This document shows, in pieces, positions 1 to 10,379 of a stretch of 64,000 bases of DNA. Below the pieces are notes generated by a model, which did not search any database, had not been told where the DNA came from, and was given only the letters and a program-made list of their open reading frames with translations. Source of the stretch: a virus; the IMG/VR virus record IMGVR_UViG_3300024255_000001. One strand, written 5' to 3'. Made by a program: the position numbers and the translations under genes. Position 1 is the stretch's first letter. Each line of letters opens with the position of its first letter.

Positions 1-468
1 TTTAACTTGCAATACTCTCTTATGAATACCTTCGTTCTGTGAACAGACCGCGATATTAATCTGTAGTGCAATATTCTCATGGTCACTAACAATCTTTAGA
101 TAATCACCATCCTGTGATGTTATCGTTGAATAGTCTGCTAAGTCTAATGATTGGGATTTAAGCTCCTTTACATAGGCCTTACCACCATCCATTCTCATAC
201 CATACATAATAACGTCTTTCGACTGATCTTTTTCTAAAGCCTTCCAGCTAAAGTCAAATTGTGTTATTATACCATTTGGTGAGATTGGCTTATTGATTAA
301 AGTTTGCCCTTCTTTTAAAACCTCTTCTAATACAAATAGATTAACAGTTTCATACAGATTTGCAGATACTTCAGGTAGATAGACCTTACCAGTCCAAACA
401 CCTGCTGTGTTCTGTACCAACTGTAATTCAGAAGTAGTACCATTAAAGAATCTTAAATTATTCCACAT
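1..468 (-). CDS. Partial gene running off the window; probable baseplate wedge/structural protein
   Basis: ATG at 468 (MWNNLRFFNGTTSELQLVQ...), open frame to the window edge, downstream of gp6/gp25-like genes. Confidence 0.5.
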   Translation of the reverse strand, partial: MWNNLRFFNGTTSELQLVQNTAGVWTGKVYLPEVSANLYETVNLFVLEEVLKEGQTLINKPISPNGIITQFDFSWKALEKDQSKDVIMYGMRMDGGKAYVKELKSQSLDLADYSTITSQDGDYLKIVSDHENIALQINIAVCSQNEGIHKRVLQVK

Positions 469-470
469 AG

Positions 471-746
471 TTATCTAGTTGTCTCGTCGTCTTTTTGTAC
501 TGTAAAGTTTTTATAGTTCTTTAAATATCTTACTTGATCTAAAAGAGCTACCATATAATCGTTGATAAAGAGTAAAAACTCTCTCATCGTTTGGTTTCTT
601 TGAATATGAGGGGAAACTTGTCTACCGATTAGACCTCTTTGACCAGACTTATAGTCGTACTTGGTATTCTTAAGATCGTCTCTTCTGTGCTTGGCCACTT
701 TATACAGCCTTTTACGTTTGTAAACTAATAGGTCTCTAAATAACAT
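471..746 (-). CDS. Hypothetical protein in baseplate operon
   Basis: 91-aa ORF coupled (TAATG) to the gp6-like gene. Confidence 0.6.
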   Translation of the reverse strand: MLFRDLLVYKRKRLYKVAKHRRDDLKNTKYDYKSGQRGLIGRQVSPHIQRNQTMREFLLFINDYMVALLDQVRYLKNYKNFTVQKDDETTR

Positions 747-2575
747 TATTTCAAGGCTTTTCTATTTCCAGCCTGTACTCTAGTGTATATTGTTCTAGGT
801 ACCGGCGTTTCATCAAAATTCACACTAAGTGCAGCTTCAGCATTAATACGGGCGTCGTCAATAATAGGGTCACCATCTCGGTCTTGCCATCCGCCTCTAA
901 AGACAGCGACTTCTTCTTTCTCCATGATGATGTCACCCCATTCGTCTAAGCCTGCAACTGTATAAGGAATTTGGGTAGTAGCATCTACATCCACGGTCTT
1001 AACTTCCTCAATGCGCTTAAAGAAAATATATTTTTGTTTGCCGTTACCAATATCTTCTAAAACTACAGGTTCTTGTGGAACAACAGATACAGTTTTAGAC
1101 TCATAGTAACCTAGACGTCTAGCTGTCTCTTCTGTTTCCGAGATGAATCTCACATTTACTGCATCAATACCATCAATTTCTTCTAGAATATACACAATAT
1201 CAGATTTAGGTAATTTATCTCTTCTTGTAATATTCAATAAGTAGTCACTTACTTTAGCTCTAACTTCGCTAAAGATTTCTTGTTTCGTATAGCCCTCAAA
1301 ATATCTAATATTAATATCTAAGCTATATTTTCTAATTTGAGGTTTAACAAATACCACTTCAGTAGTAACCATTTGTTGGCCACTATCTTGAATTACTTGT
1401 GACATTTTGTCATATTCGTTTTGGTCAAAGAACATTTCATTCTGTGGAATAGAGAAATAGTCTTGACTTGCTAATAGTTTTCTTTTTATATCTGGTACAG
1501 CAAAAATATAGATAACATTATCATCATCTAAATACTGATCCGATGTGGTATTGTAAGCATCCACATACGAGAACATACCGTATCTTGATAAGAAATACTC
1601 GTAATTGTCTGGAGTTGCTAAGACGTAAGATTTGGAAGCGAGAGGTGCCATTAACTTAGTAAACTCAGTCGACTCTTTGTTTGCGCCCATTTTAGGTGAA
1701 GAAGTTACATTAACCTCTAGGTATTCATTTAAGTCAAAATCATCGCCATTAGAATCTACACCATCTGATAACCATTGAAAAATAATATCTTGACCATCGT
1801 CAATATTACCTAAAGCACCTTTATGTTTTACATATTCAATTTGAATATCAGATCCAGCTGGTGGAATTGCACCAAAATTACCAGTACCAAAGTAAACATC
1901 TAATCCGCCTGAAATACCTGTTTTAAGTATATAGCCTTTTTCTTCATTTAATAAGTCATACATGGACTCATGTTTAGTCCATTGCTGTCCGTTAATAGCA
2001 ACTGTAACTTTTGAATGATCTGTTAACTCATTAATTTTTATATTGTAAGATTGCATTGGCTCTCCAGTTCCAGTAAATGTTTGTTGTTCAAACTGACCTT
2101 GAATAATAGCACACTTAACTTTAAGTTTATTAGATTTTTCCAATCTAAACTTTTCTTGTTGACTTAATATAGTGTATTTTAAACTATTTAATTCACATGA
2201 TAGTTCTGATCTAGCATCAATATTTAAACCAGTACCTGCAATCTTACCAAGATCTGCACCTACTTTCCATCTAAATTCAATCTCGCCAGTTGCAGCAAAA
2301 CCTCTAGTTGCATCATGGCCAGTTAATCTTGATAGACCATATATAGACTCTGGTTGCTGAGCAGTATAAATGTTTTGTTCTACTGTAGCATCTTCTACAT
2401 AGAACATAATTAGTTCACCAAGCTCTGCCATTACATTTACAATCTGAGCAAATGGTGAAGCCTCTGTAAATAGAGTGTTTGCACGATTATACACTCTTGC
2501 AATGTAAGTACGAGCGTCAACCTTAATTTGGTTAGCGCTGGTTCTTAGTGTACTTAAAAATTTTAATTCTGCCAT
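746..2575 (-). CDS. Baseplate wedge subunit (T4 gp6 / baseplate J-like)
   Basis: 609 aa; YTAQQPESIYGLSRLTGH, VYFGTGNFGAIP, GANKES, ATPDNYE motifs typical of gp6-like wedges; next to gp25-like gene. Confidence 0.8.
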   Translation of the reverse strand: MAELKFLSTLRTSANQIKVDARTYIARVYNRANTLFTEASPFAQIVNVMAELGELIMFYVEDATVEQNIYTAQQPESIYGLSRLTGHDATRGFAATGEIEFRWKVGADLGKIAGTGLNIDARSELSCELNSLKYTILSQQEKFRLEKSNKLKVKCAIIQGQFEQQTFTGTGEPMQSYNIKINELTDHSKVTVAINGQQWTKHESMYDLLNEEKGYILKTGISGGLDVYFGTGNFGAIPPAGSDIQIEYVKHKGALGNIDDGQDIIFQWLSDGVDSNGDDFDLNEYLEVNVTSSPKMGANKESTEFTKLMAPLASKSYVLATPDNYEYFLSRYGMFSYVDAYNTTSDQYLDDDNVIYIFAVPDIKRKLLASQDYFSIPQNEMFFDQNEYDKMSQVIQDSGQQMVTTEVVFVKPQIRKYSLDINIRYFEGYTKQEIFSEVRAKVSDYLLNITRRDKLPKSDIVYILEEIDGIDAVNVRFISETEETARRLGYYESKTVSVVPQEPVVLEDIGNGKQKYIFFKRIEEVKTVDVDATTQIPYTVAGLDEWGDIIMEKEEVAVFRGGWQDRDGDPIIDDARINAEAALSVNFDETPVPRTIYTRVQAGNRKALK

Positions 2576-2582
2576 TAGTTAT

Positions 2583-2939
2583 TTATCTTAAATTTACTTG
2601 GATTGTGTATTCATTATTTACAGTAATGTCTACATAACAAATATCTCTAACTTCACCTTTAAAAAACTTAACATCTACTGACGTATCGTATTTTCTAGAA
2701 AGGGGTACGTAATTAGATAGTTGTTTTTCAATCTCGTTTCTAATTTGGAATTCATTTTGGTTTAAACTATACACCAAATCTTCTAAATTACATCCAAAAT
2801 CAGGTTCACCTAATACATCATTCTTTCTAGTAAAAAGAGTATTCTCGATCTGTGTCAATAACTGCTCTATCTCACCGTTGTTTTGTACAACACTTGTTTG
2901 ATAGTTAGGGTCACCTATATGTTTAATGTAAAAATCCAT
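2583..2939 (-). CDS. Baseplate wedge protein, gp25/GPW-like
   Basis: 118 aa; LFTRKNDVLGEPDFGCNLEDL matches the gp25 family pattern. Confidence 0.8.
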   Translation of the reverse strand: MDFYIKHIGDPNYQTSVVQNNGEIEQLLTQIENTLFTRKNDVLGEPDFGCNLEDLVYSLNQNEFQIRNEIEKQLSNYVPLSRKYDTSVDVKFFKGEVRDICYVDITVNNEYTIQVNLR

Positions 2940-2959
2940 TTATATATGTATTCGGCTCA

Positions 2960-3802
2960 TTATGAGTGGAACATCCAGTCCACGCCTTCGTCACCCTTAA
3001 TTTCCTCAATAATCGACTCTAATTCGGTGTCTCCCATGTCTTTTATTGCGTCATAATCAAATTCTACATTACCAGGTAATGCAAATTTAAAGATACCAAG
3101 TTTGGCACCTAAAGACTGCTTTATTTTAGCAGAACAATATCTAAAAAATATTTCATCTTCATAAATAGCACAATCTGGTAGAGTTTCGTATACATGTAGA
3201 ATTACATCCTTCTTAGGTGTATCACCTAAGATCTTTAATTCACCAGTTAATCTTGAGTATTGAAATGAAATAGGATTTTCCAGAATCTGTCTAGACAAAT
3301 CAGCTAAAGATTGATTTAATACATAGTATTGTAATTCTTCTGCAGCTTCCGCACCTCCAGCACCTTCATACATTCCTCTAAATAACATTTTTTCTAAAGC
3401 GAAGTCTCCACCACTTTGAAATCTTGCATCTAATCCACCTCCAGTAGAATTAAAACCAGAACCAGTATCATGGACACCAAATACAGAAAATACTGCACCT
3501 GAACCATCCGCGCTTGCATTAGGTAAATTTAAAGACCTGTGGTTTTTAAAATACGTAGAAGCAAATACTTCTGCTGGAATATGATAATAGTTCTCTCTAA
3601 CAGAGTCTTCATAGTTTTTATAGAACCATTTCTTAGCTCTTTTAACTATATTAGCAATTTCTCTTTGAGGTAGGTTAACAGGAACCATACATGCACCAGT
3701 CATGTCGTCACCCAATTCTTGAAGGAATGCGTTTAAACAACTATCGCCGAATGATCTTTCGGTGCTTAAGTTAGTTTCGTTACCTGATCTTATTTCACTC
3801 AT
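2960..3802 (-). CDS. Putative neck/head-completion protein (T4 gp13-like)
   Basis: VNLPQREIANIVKRAKKWFY and C-terminal KLGIFKFALPGNVEFDYDAI...GDTELE resemble gp13-like neck proteins. Confidence 0.6.
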   Translation of the reverse strand: MSEIRSGNETNLSTERSFGDSCLNAFLQELGDDMTGACMVPVNLPQREIANIVKRAKKWFYKNYEDSVRENYYHIPAEVFASTYFKNHRSLNLPNASADGSGAVFSVFGVHDTGSGFNSTGGGLDARFQSGGDFALEKMLFRGMYEGAGGAEAAEELQYYVLNQSLADLSRQILENPISFQYSRLTGELKILGDTPKKDVILHVYETLPDCAIYEDEIFFRYCSAKIKQSLGAKLGIFKFALPGNVEFDYDAIKDMGDTELESIIEEIKGDEGVDWMFHS

Positions 3803-3803
3803 T

Positions 3804-5114
3804 TTAACTATTTATTTTTGTGCTTACCACTATTTCAGTATCATCAAATCTAGCATGTGGACCAATACCACCCTCTCTGAAAATACCTCCAATCATTCTA
3901 CCTTTGAAAATACCATCTCTTCCAAAGACAAAACAATTTGTTAATTGACAACTACCATGTACATAAGAAGACTCAACTTTTGAATCCTTTACCTCACAAC
4001 CTTTATAGAGTTGTGATCTTATTATCTGTGCACCGCTAACAATACCACCATAAATAGCACTATTTTCGATGTTGCCTGATAGCTCGCAATCTATAAACTC
4101 AAAGCCATCTAACAAGTATGCAGTTTTAAATTTACCACCTTTAACTTGTACCATACCGTAGTCGGAATCGTAGTTAATAATACCCTCTTCCATACCACCG
4201 TGTGCGAGTAACGCTAGAACTTTATGTTTAAATCTGTTCCATTGTACTTCGATTACTTGCTCGTTGTCTGTTAAGTCCACTAATATATTTATCTTCTTCC
4301 AATATTTATTTACTGCTTTGTAATCTTTTAGCATTTCCATTAGAGGTTTATTCTTCTCTAAGATACGCTTAAGTTCGATTTTATTCTCAGGAGTAAATTT
4401 AGGATTAAAACAAGATTTAAAGACAGACATGATAAATCCATCCGCAAGATGTAGAATATCATCTGTTCTTTTCTCATAATCCTTACCACCTAAATATCTA
4501 AACTCTAAATAGTTCTTCTGTGCCTTTTCAAAGTTAATACCATAATATTTAGTATTAGCAAAAGTAAAGTTATCTGAACTAATTAGATTTTCGTTATAGT
4601 AAAAAGCTTCATGTTTAGGCATAATCCATTTAATAGATTTTGCATAAGTAGAATCTTCTCTATTTGGGAAATACTTGTATACCCTAGCTTCATCAAACTC
4701 TAGAATAAATTTCAACACAGACATGCGTTGAACCATATTTTTATCTACTAAATAATCAGGGTTAAATGACATATTAAGGTGGATTGAAGCTCGGTCATTT
4801 GTATAACCATTCTTTTCAATCCATCTTAACATTTTTTGAATTACAATTCTAGCATTTCTATAAGGCATAGGACCCGTTACGAGTTCAATTAAGCCTTTAC
4901 CACCTGACATATCAGGTTCCATCTTAAATACATCAGCGCTTGGCTGGAAATCAGAATGTGCTTTATCTTCTAACTTAATCTTTCTATTTACTAACTCAGA
5001 TATAGATTTTTGTGTTTCCTCTAATTCTAGATTAGAATAAAACTCAAACTCAATTCCAATCTGGCTAGCGTTTAGAATAGATTGCCTATCCGAAGATATG
5101 TTTAGTTTTTGCAT
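3804..5114 (-). CDS. Putative amidoligase (COOH-NH2 ligase type 2) with C-terminal beta-helix-like tail
   Basis: IGIEFEF, ELVTGPM, SIHLNMS, KYYGINF, LEFRYLGG motifs. Confidence 0.75.
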   Translation of the reverse strand: MQKLNISSDRQSILNASQIGIEFEFYSNLELEETQKSISELVNRKIKLEDKAHSDFQPSADVFKMEPDMSGGKGLIELVTGPMPYRNARIVIQKMLRWIEKNGYTNDRASIHLNMSFNPDYLVDKNMVQRMSVLKFILEFDEARVYKYFPNREDSTYAKSIKWIMPKHEAFYYNENLISSDNFTFANTKYYGINFEKAQKNYLEFRYLGGKDYEKRTDDILHLADGFIMSVFKSCFNPKFTPENKIELKRILEKNKPLMEMLKDYKAVNKYWKKINILVDLTDNEQVIEVQWNRFKHKVLALLAHGGMEEGIINYDSDYGMVQVKGGKFKTAYLLDGFEFIDCELSGNIENSAIYGGIVSGAQIIRSQLYKGCEVKDSKVESSYVHGSCQLTNCFVFGRDGIFKGRMIGGIFREGGIGPHARFDDTEIVVSTKINS

Positions 5115-5168
5115 GTTAAGAGTATGATATTACTTTTGAATATATATCAAACTCTGTTGGGATAGTTA

Positions 5169-6449
5169 TTAGGGTAATTTTAAAAATACCTTCATAGACG
5201 ATTCATCAATTCTAGTAATTTGTACATCTAAAGAATCACCTATCATATATTCTTCAAGTTTATTATCTGGAAGCTCACTTACATGTAATAAACCAGTTAC
5301 GCCCTCTTCAATATTTACAAATATACCATAATCCTTTTTAGTCTTTACTTTTGCAGCAACAATAGAGGGTATTTGGTATCTTGATGAAATATTAATCCAT
5401 GGGTTAATAGCAGTCCCCTCTTTTTGAGTTAATGTAATTTTATTATTACTAATAATATCTTTTACAAAGAAGTTAATTGGCTCTCCTGGTTTAATATCTC
5501 TATTCTTAAATCTAACTAAAGTATCTTCATTTAATTCATTATTATGAATCATTCCAGTTAAACATTTATCAAACTCAACAAAGACCCCATATTTTGCAGT
5601 TCCTGTTACGTAACCTTCTTTAGGTTCTTGTATATTTTCTTTTAAGTTATTAATAGCCTGTGGAATTAAAGCTTGTAAATATTTTCTATGTGATACTACA
5701 ATTGTACCTCTATCTGGAGAGAAACTAACTGGTACTACATAAATTTCTTCACCGACGATAGAACTAAAGTCAGATAGTTTATTAATACCTGCAAGTGAAC
5801 CTGGCATAAAGCAATCTATACCTTGTACGCTTACAATATAACCACCATTCTCAATCATATTTTTAACCTTACCGATCCAGGCAGTATTACCCTCTTCGAT
5901 ACCAGCTCTTAGGTCCATGAACGTTTTATGTTTCACTCCACCTGTAATAGATCCAGTTAATGTACCCTTTGTTTCTGTAATTAAGACCGCTGTCTCTTCA
6001 CCAGGCAACATCATTCTAACTTCTTCAGATTCTTTTGAAGCCTTTACATATACAGACTCTCTATATCCTATCTCAACAGTAATCCATTCTTGGTCTACTG
6101 CATAGATATTACCTGTATGGATTTCTCCAATATTTAAACTTGGTTTAATTTCAGGGCTATTTTCAACTAAAATATCATATAGCTCTTGTGCATAAGGTTC
6201 TCTTGAATATACCTTATCACCATGTCTAGTCTTAATATGTGGATTTGGTTTTCTGGTTTTAGTAACACACGTAGCTTCGTATGCGTCCCATAAGAACTCG
6301 CCGCTCTCATCGTAGAACTGTGCGTGGGGATCTTGAGTTTCCTCTTTTACTTCTTTAATTTCTTCTGTGGGTCTTTGAATAGTTTCAACTAATTCAACTG
6401 TGTTTGCCTCTTGGGTTGCAGAAATTCTGCGTCTTTTTTTATCTGACAT
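5169..6449 (-). CDS. rpsA: Ribosomal protein S1 homologue (about four S1/OB domains)
   Basis: Repeated S1 motifs (GGYIVSVQGIDCFMPGS, YGVFVEFDKCLTGMIH, YGIFVNIEEGVTGLLHVSEL); N-terminal EFLWDAYE resembles Bacteroidota bS1. Confidence 0.8.
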   Translation of the reverse strand: MSDKKRRRISATQEANTVELVETIQRPTEEIKEVKEETQDPHAQFYDESGEFLWDAYEATCVTKTRKPNPHIKTRHGDKVYSREPYAQELYDILVENSPEIKPSLNIGEIHTGNIYAVDQEWITVEIGYRESVYVKASKESEEVRMMLPGEETAVLITETKGTLTGSITGGVKHKTFMDLRAGIEEGNTAWIGKVKNMIENGGYIVSVQGIDCFMPGSLAGINKLSDFSSIVGEEIYVVPVSFSPDRGTIVVSHRKYLQALIPQAINNLKENIQEPKEGYVTGTAKYGVFVEFDKCLTGMIHNNELNEDTLVRFKNRDIKPGEPINFFVKDIISNNKITLTQKEGTAINPWINISSRYQIPSIVAAKVKTKKDYGIFVNIEEGVTGLLHVSELPDNKLEEYMIGDSLDVQITRIDESSMKVFLKLP

Positions 6450-6475
6450 TTATTTTAGATTAACAGTGTAACATA

Positions 6476-6484
6476 TTATATATC
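6476..6484 (-). promoter_or_regulatory. Putative late promoter GATATATAA upstream of the S1 gene
   Basis: Exact copy of a motif seen 10 times just upstream of minus-strand genes. Confidence 0.6.
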
Positions 6485-6852
6485 TACTTAAGTACGCGTT
6501 TTATCCATGCGTAATGTTTTCTACCACTTAGGTATCTTAAGTTATCATCATTATCGTAAGCCTCTCTTTCAAACGAGATATTATAGTAGGCTTTTTTACC
6601 ATAAAAGAATAGTTTAATAAACCACTCAGTTACATACCAAATATAAAATGGTATAATTAGCATCTCTTCTTGTTGTTTAATATGAATAGTCTCGTGGTTA
6701 ATTATCCTAGCCGCCTGTCTTCTCCACGGTGGAGTCGAATTGTAAATCTCTCTTAAGATAACATACGGCCAAAGGGTAATACCGCCGATCCTCATAAATA
6801 GACCTATGCGGTCTAAAAATTTATCATTATATTTAATAATAGGTGTTTTCAT
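6484..6852 (-). CDS. HExxH-containing membrane-associated protein (possible Zn peptidase)
   Basis: INHETIHIKQQ, hydrophobic segment, ISFEREAY. Confidence 0.6.
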   Translation of the reverse strand: MKTPIIKYNDKFLDRIGLFMRIGGITLWPYVILREIYNSTPPWRRQAARIINHETIHIKQQEEMLIIPFYIWYVTEWFIKLFFYGKKAYYNISFEREAYDNDDNLRYLSGRKHYAWIKRVLK

Positions 6853-6892
6853 ATAATTTATATATTCTACAAAAAAACTTTGCCATTTTAGG

Positions 6893-6958
6893 CAAAATAA
6901 TTGCCTCTAGATTTTTTTATGTCAATTATTTTTCGTATATTAGTACTGTAATTAAAAA
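6893..6958 (+). promoter_or_regulatory. Putative early (host RNAP) promoter, copy 1 of 5
   Basis: TTTTTTTATGTCA-N11-TATATTAGTACTGTAATTAAAAA directly upstream of ATG 6971. Confidence 0.7.
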
Positions 6959-6970
6959 CAAACAATAACT

Positions 6971-7444
6971 ATGTATATTAAAGAACACAAAGGATTTAGC
7001 GGGGAAACAGTTTACTCAATCGAACAAAACATTGGTGGTAAAATGCACAAATTTCATACAAGCGAATATGGCTTTAAATGGGATGTGGAATATGACTATA
7101 GAGTCGTTACGAAATGTGTAGCCGGATGGATGACTATTACTGAAGGTAAATCAACTCTTGCAGCCCTAGTTAATAGGTATAAGAAGAATGCCTTACAGAC
7201 GATCGAACTTAAGTCTACTCACCCTGGGTCAGACACTTATTTAACTGCATTGGCACTTAAAGCCAATAAGTTCGCCACAGTGGCAAACTGTATCTTGGAG
7301 AACATAACTATAGGTACTATCCATAGTAGCTTCCCAAAGATGGCGGATCATGGCCACTGGAAAAACATTGGTAGTAAGACCTGGGCGGATAACGCTTACA
7401 AATTAGAAGACTCTTTTAAAAATATAACTTTAGTAGAAGCATAA
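6971..7444 (+). CDS. Hypothetical protein (early island)
   Basis: 157-aa ORF after the conserved promoter and A-rich leader. Confidence 0.75.
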   Translation: MYIKEHKGFSGETVYSIEQNIGGKMHKFHTSEYGFKWDVEYDYRVVTKCVAGWMTITEGKSTLAALVNRYKKNALQTIELKSTHPGSDTYLTALALKANKFATVANCILENITIGTIHSSFPKMADHGHWKNIGSKTWADNAYKLEDSFKNITLVEA

Positions 7445-7854
7445 TGGAACAATTTAACTATAAAGAAATCAAATGTAACGGTGTTGGTGGCTCGGGCTAC
7501 CAAGCCGTTCTTAAACACAAAGATCAAATCCAATCTATTTGTCAAGAGGTTCGAGACTTACTCGGCGATAAACTCTGGGATAAAATGATTAAGCAGGCAT
7601 CTGAAGTAGATACTTACACTGAATATCATTCGGGTCGTAGATACAACAGCGTAGAAGATAATGCTTATAGATTGGTTACTGGGATTGCAAGACAAGTATC
7701 TTCTTACCTTAACAATGATTTGCTAATTGAGATGCACGTAGGAGCCATTCTAAACAACCTAACTATTGACGAAAAGGTTTATATGGTTCTTGATGCTCTT
7801 CGCGACTGTGCGTCTGCAGACCATTGGTATACCTTCGAAAAGGACTGGGGTTAA
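7444..7854 (+). CDS. Hypothetical protein (early island)
   Basis: 136-aa ORF, TAATG-coupled to the previous gene. Confidence 0.75.
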   Translation: MEQFNYKEIKCNGVGGSGYQAVLKHKDQIQSICQEVRDLLGDKLWDKMIKQASEVDTYTEYHSGRRYNSVEDNAYRLVTGIARQVSSYLNNDLLIEMHVGAILNNLTIDEKVYMVLDALRDCASADHWYTFEKDWG

Positions 7855-9659
7855 AATACAATCGGTACGAAACCTACCATTGGAACTGGTCCGGCAGGAG
7901 TCGGAATACCACCAAGATAAAGCAACTTAAATTCTAGTAGATGTAGGGCATAAGCTCCTGCAACTGCTGTACTTACTGCCATCGCGGGTGGTTGTGTTGC
8001 CGGCAACTTACTAAAAGACTTACCTGTATTCCAGGCTCTTCTTAAATTATTAGCTAGGCGATTTGCACTTCCATAATAAATTGGAACATAAATACCTGTT
8101 AAAGGTGGAGCAATTAACGCTGGAGGAGCAGAAGGAGTTGGCTTAAATGGTTTAACAACACAAGCATACCAATATGCAATTGTTACTCTAGCCATCATCA
8201 TATATGGATCTCCAGAATAAGTCTTACCTCCAGGTGTTGAACCACTAGGCTCCCATGGATGTGCTACTTCTGTTAAATCTTCTTCACATTCTTCAGCTTT
8301 CTTTTTAGCACATTTAGCTCTATGATATTCATATTTAAAAAGAGTACCTTCTGGTTTTGGATTAATTTGAAAGAATGCTTTTTGTGCATCTGCCTTTTTA
8401 GAAGCAGCCATTAATTTAGACTTTGGTACCTTTCTCCACTTCTTTTCCCATTCATTCCTTTCATAGTTACTCTTTACCCAGTTTTTTGATTTAATAAACT
8501 TAGGTGCATTAGTAACTACACCATTTGCATTTGCAGTAAAATTACCACTTCTTACTCCAGGGTACCAACTAAAAGTAGCCACTACATTTGAGGTTAAAAT
8601 CTTTGGTCTTTGGCTAGGGTTTTCCGGTGGGGAGTGTTCAAAATCATAAGCCACTTGAATTTTATATTCATTCAATGGGCAGTCTAATTCATAGGGTAGA
8701 GTAATTGGTCCGGTTGGATCTTTCATAATTCTTTTTCTTAATACTGTAGTATTAAAGAATGTCCATGTATTCTCCTCTTCTTCAGGATGTACTTCATGGA
8801 TAGCTTCAATACAAAGAGTACTAACATTATCTACTAATTCTTTCCAATCATATCCAGCAGCATTAATATCTGATTTTGCCTGTGAGTTTATATTTGGATA
8901 TGGCATACCAGACCAGCCGCCGCCAAATCCACTTGAGTTGCTATAGTTCTCTGAGCCAAGACATGCTAACCAAATATAGAATTCCCATTTAGTATTCTTA
9001 TTTGTAATCCTTTCAAATTGCTGTAATAGTCTAGATGCAAATATCTTTTCTAATTCATCTTGAGTCTCATTACCATCAATACATGGAAATTGAAAAAATC
9101 TAAATTTATGTAAGTCGTATTCCTCTTTAGCAGTATCAACGAATTGATTAAAAGCCTTATCATTTTCTTTTTCTAATTCTGCTAATTCTTCAGCACTTGG
9201 TAGTTCTACTTCTGGGCAAAAATCAGCATAGGCAGGATGCGACTCTTTCCCCATCTCAATTAGATTACCATCTTCATCATATTGGTCTTGTAGAGGTATA
9301 TCACCCTCTCTTAATAATCGTTCGAATGCAATACCATATCCTTGTTTTAATAACATCTCAGCAGCACCATTATTAATATGGAATTCTGCAACATGGGTTT
9401 GTGCATTATTTTTTACAGCTTCAATATAATGTTCTGCAACCTGAACTCCAAAATCATATCTACCAGATAATGGGTTTGGATTAATCGCATTTACATAATC
9501 AGCTTTATTAGATTTTAAACTATTATTAAGTGGATTACCTACCTCGGATTTGAACTCAGGAAGATCGTAAGAAACTACAGCTCCACCTGGTTTAGTAAAC
9601 TGCTGACTTGTAATAGTGTTAGCCAAGTCAGGAATAAATTTAGGCCACATTGCAGGCAT
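7851..9659 (-). CDS. Putative baseplate-associated virion protein
   Basis: 602 aa directly after the gp5-like spike; Pro/Gly-rich C-terminus (LYLGGIPTPAGPVPMVG). Confidence 0.5.
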   Translation of the reverse strand: MPAMWPKFIPDLANTITSQQFTKPGGAVVSYDLPEFKSEVGNPLNNSLKSNKADYVNAINPNPLSGRYDFGVQVAEHYIEAVKNNAQTHVAEFHINNGAAEMLLKQGYGIAFERLLREGDIPLQDQYDEDGNLIEMGKESHPAYADFCPEVELPSAEELAELEKENDKAFNQFVDTAKEEYDLHKFRFFQFPCIDGNETQDELEKIFASRLLQQFERITNKNTKWEFYIWLACLGSENYSNSSGFGGGWSGMPYPNINSQAKSDINAAGYDWKELVDNVSTLCIEAIHEVHPEEEENTWTFFNTTVLRKRIMKDPTGPITLPYELDCPLNEYKIQVAYDFEHSPPENPSQRPKILTSNVVATFSWYPGVRSGNFTANANGVVTNAPKFIKSKNWVKSNYERNEWEKKWRKVPKSKLMAASKKADAQKAFFQINPKPEGTLFKYEYHRAKCAKKKAEECEEDLTEVAHPWEPSGSTPGGKTYSGDPYMMMARVTIAYWYACVVKPFKPTPSAPPALIAPPLTGIYVPIYYGSANRLANNLRRAWNTGKSFSKLPATQPPAMAVSTAVAGAYALHLLEFKLLYLGGIPTPAGPVPMVGFVPIVF

Positions 9660-9662
9660 AGC

Positions 9663-10379
9663 TTACTTGTTCTTTTGTTGATAGTTAATATGTGTCGAAC
9701 CTAATTTTGCAACTGTTGCCGGAGTAGGAGGCATTGGAGGACCAGATGGCCCAACACCAGTTGGATGGATATGTGCATTGTAATCATCTAATAGAGCCTG
9801 TAACCAATCTTGTAGAGATTGACCTCTTACTGCAGGTTCTGTTTCATCTGCTCCAGACTCACCTGTATTAGATACAAATATATCTCCACAATCTAAAAAG
9901 ACTTTAGCATCTGTAGAAATCTTAATAAAACCCTCTTCATCAATTTGAAGCATAGGTCTTTCTTTTGCGCCCCCACCTCTAGTAATGACCAAGCCATCTT
10001 CTGGTGAGTGGTAAATTCTTAAGTTACGTTCTGCATCGTAAACCAGGGATATAACATCTTGTGGTGCGTCAGATGACTCTAGGATGTCTCCCTTTAAGTC
10101 TTCGTTTTGATCTACTTGAAACCAGTATTCTGGGTGATAAATGTTACCGTTATCAAATCTAACTGCAACAACATCTCCAACTCTAGGAACTGCATGCGCA
10201 CCAACCTGATCCCTATTCATAGGAGTTGCCCATGGAATAGCGTCATCTGTTAATTTATCAAATTTACCGAATACTTTTACTCTAACCCTACCTTGAAGAA
10301 GTGGGTCTTCATTAATAACCACTTCACCTAACCAATGAGTCTCTCGTAAATTATCTCTGTAAAGTTCATTATTATTCAT
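9663..10379 (-). CDS. Baseplate central spike, gp5/VgrG-like (OB fold plus His tip)
   Basis: WLGEVVINEDPLLQGRVRVKVFG...IPWA...VPRVGDVVAVRFDNGNIYHPEY; C-terminal HIHPTGVGPSGPP. Confidence 0.85.
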   Translation of the reverse strand: MNNNELYRDNLRETHWLGEVVINEDPLLQGRVRVKVFGKFDKLTDDAIPWATPMNRDQVGAHAVPRVGDVVAVRFDNGNIYHPEYWFQVDQNEDLKGDILESSDAPQDVISLVYDAERNLRIYHSPEDGLVITRGGGAKERPMLQIDEEGFIKISTDAKVFLDCGDIFVSNTGESGADETEPAVRGQSLQDWLQALLDDYNAHIHPTGVGPSGPPMPPTPATVAKLGSTHINYQQKNK

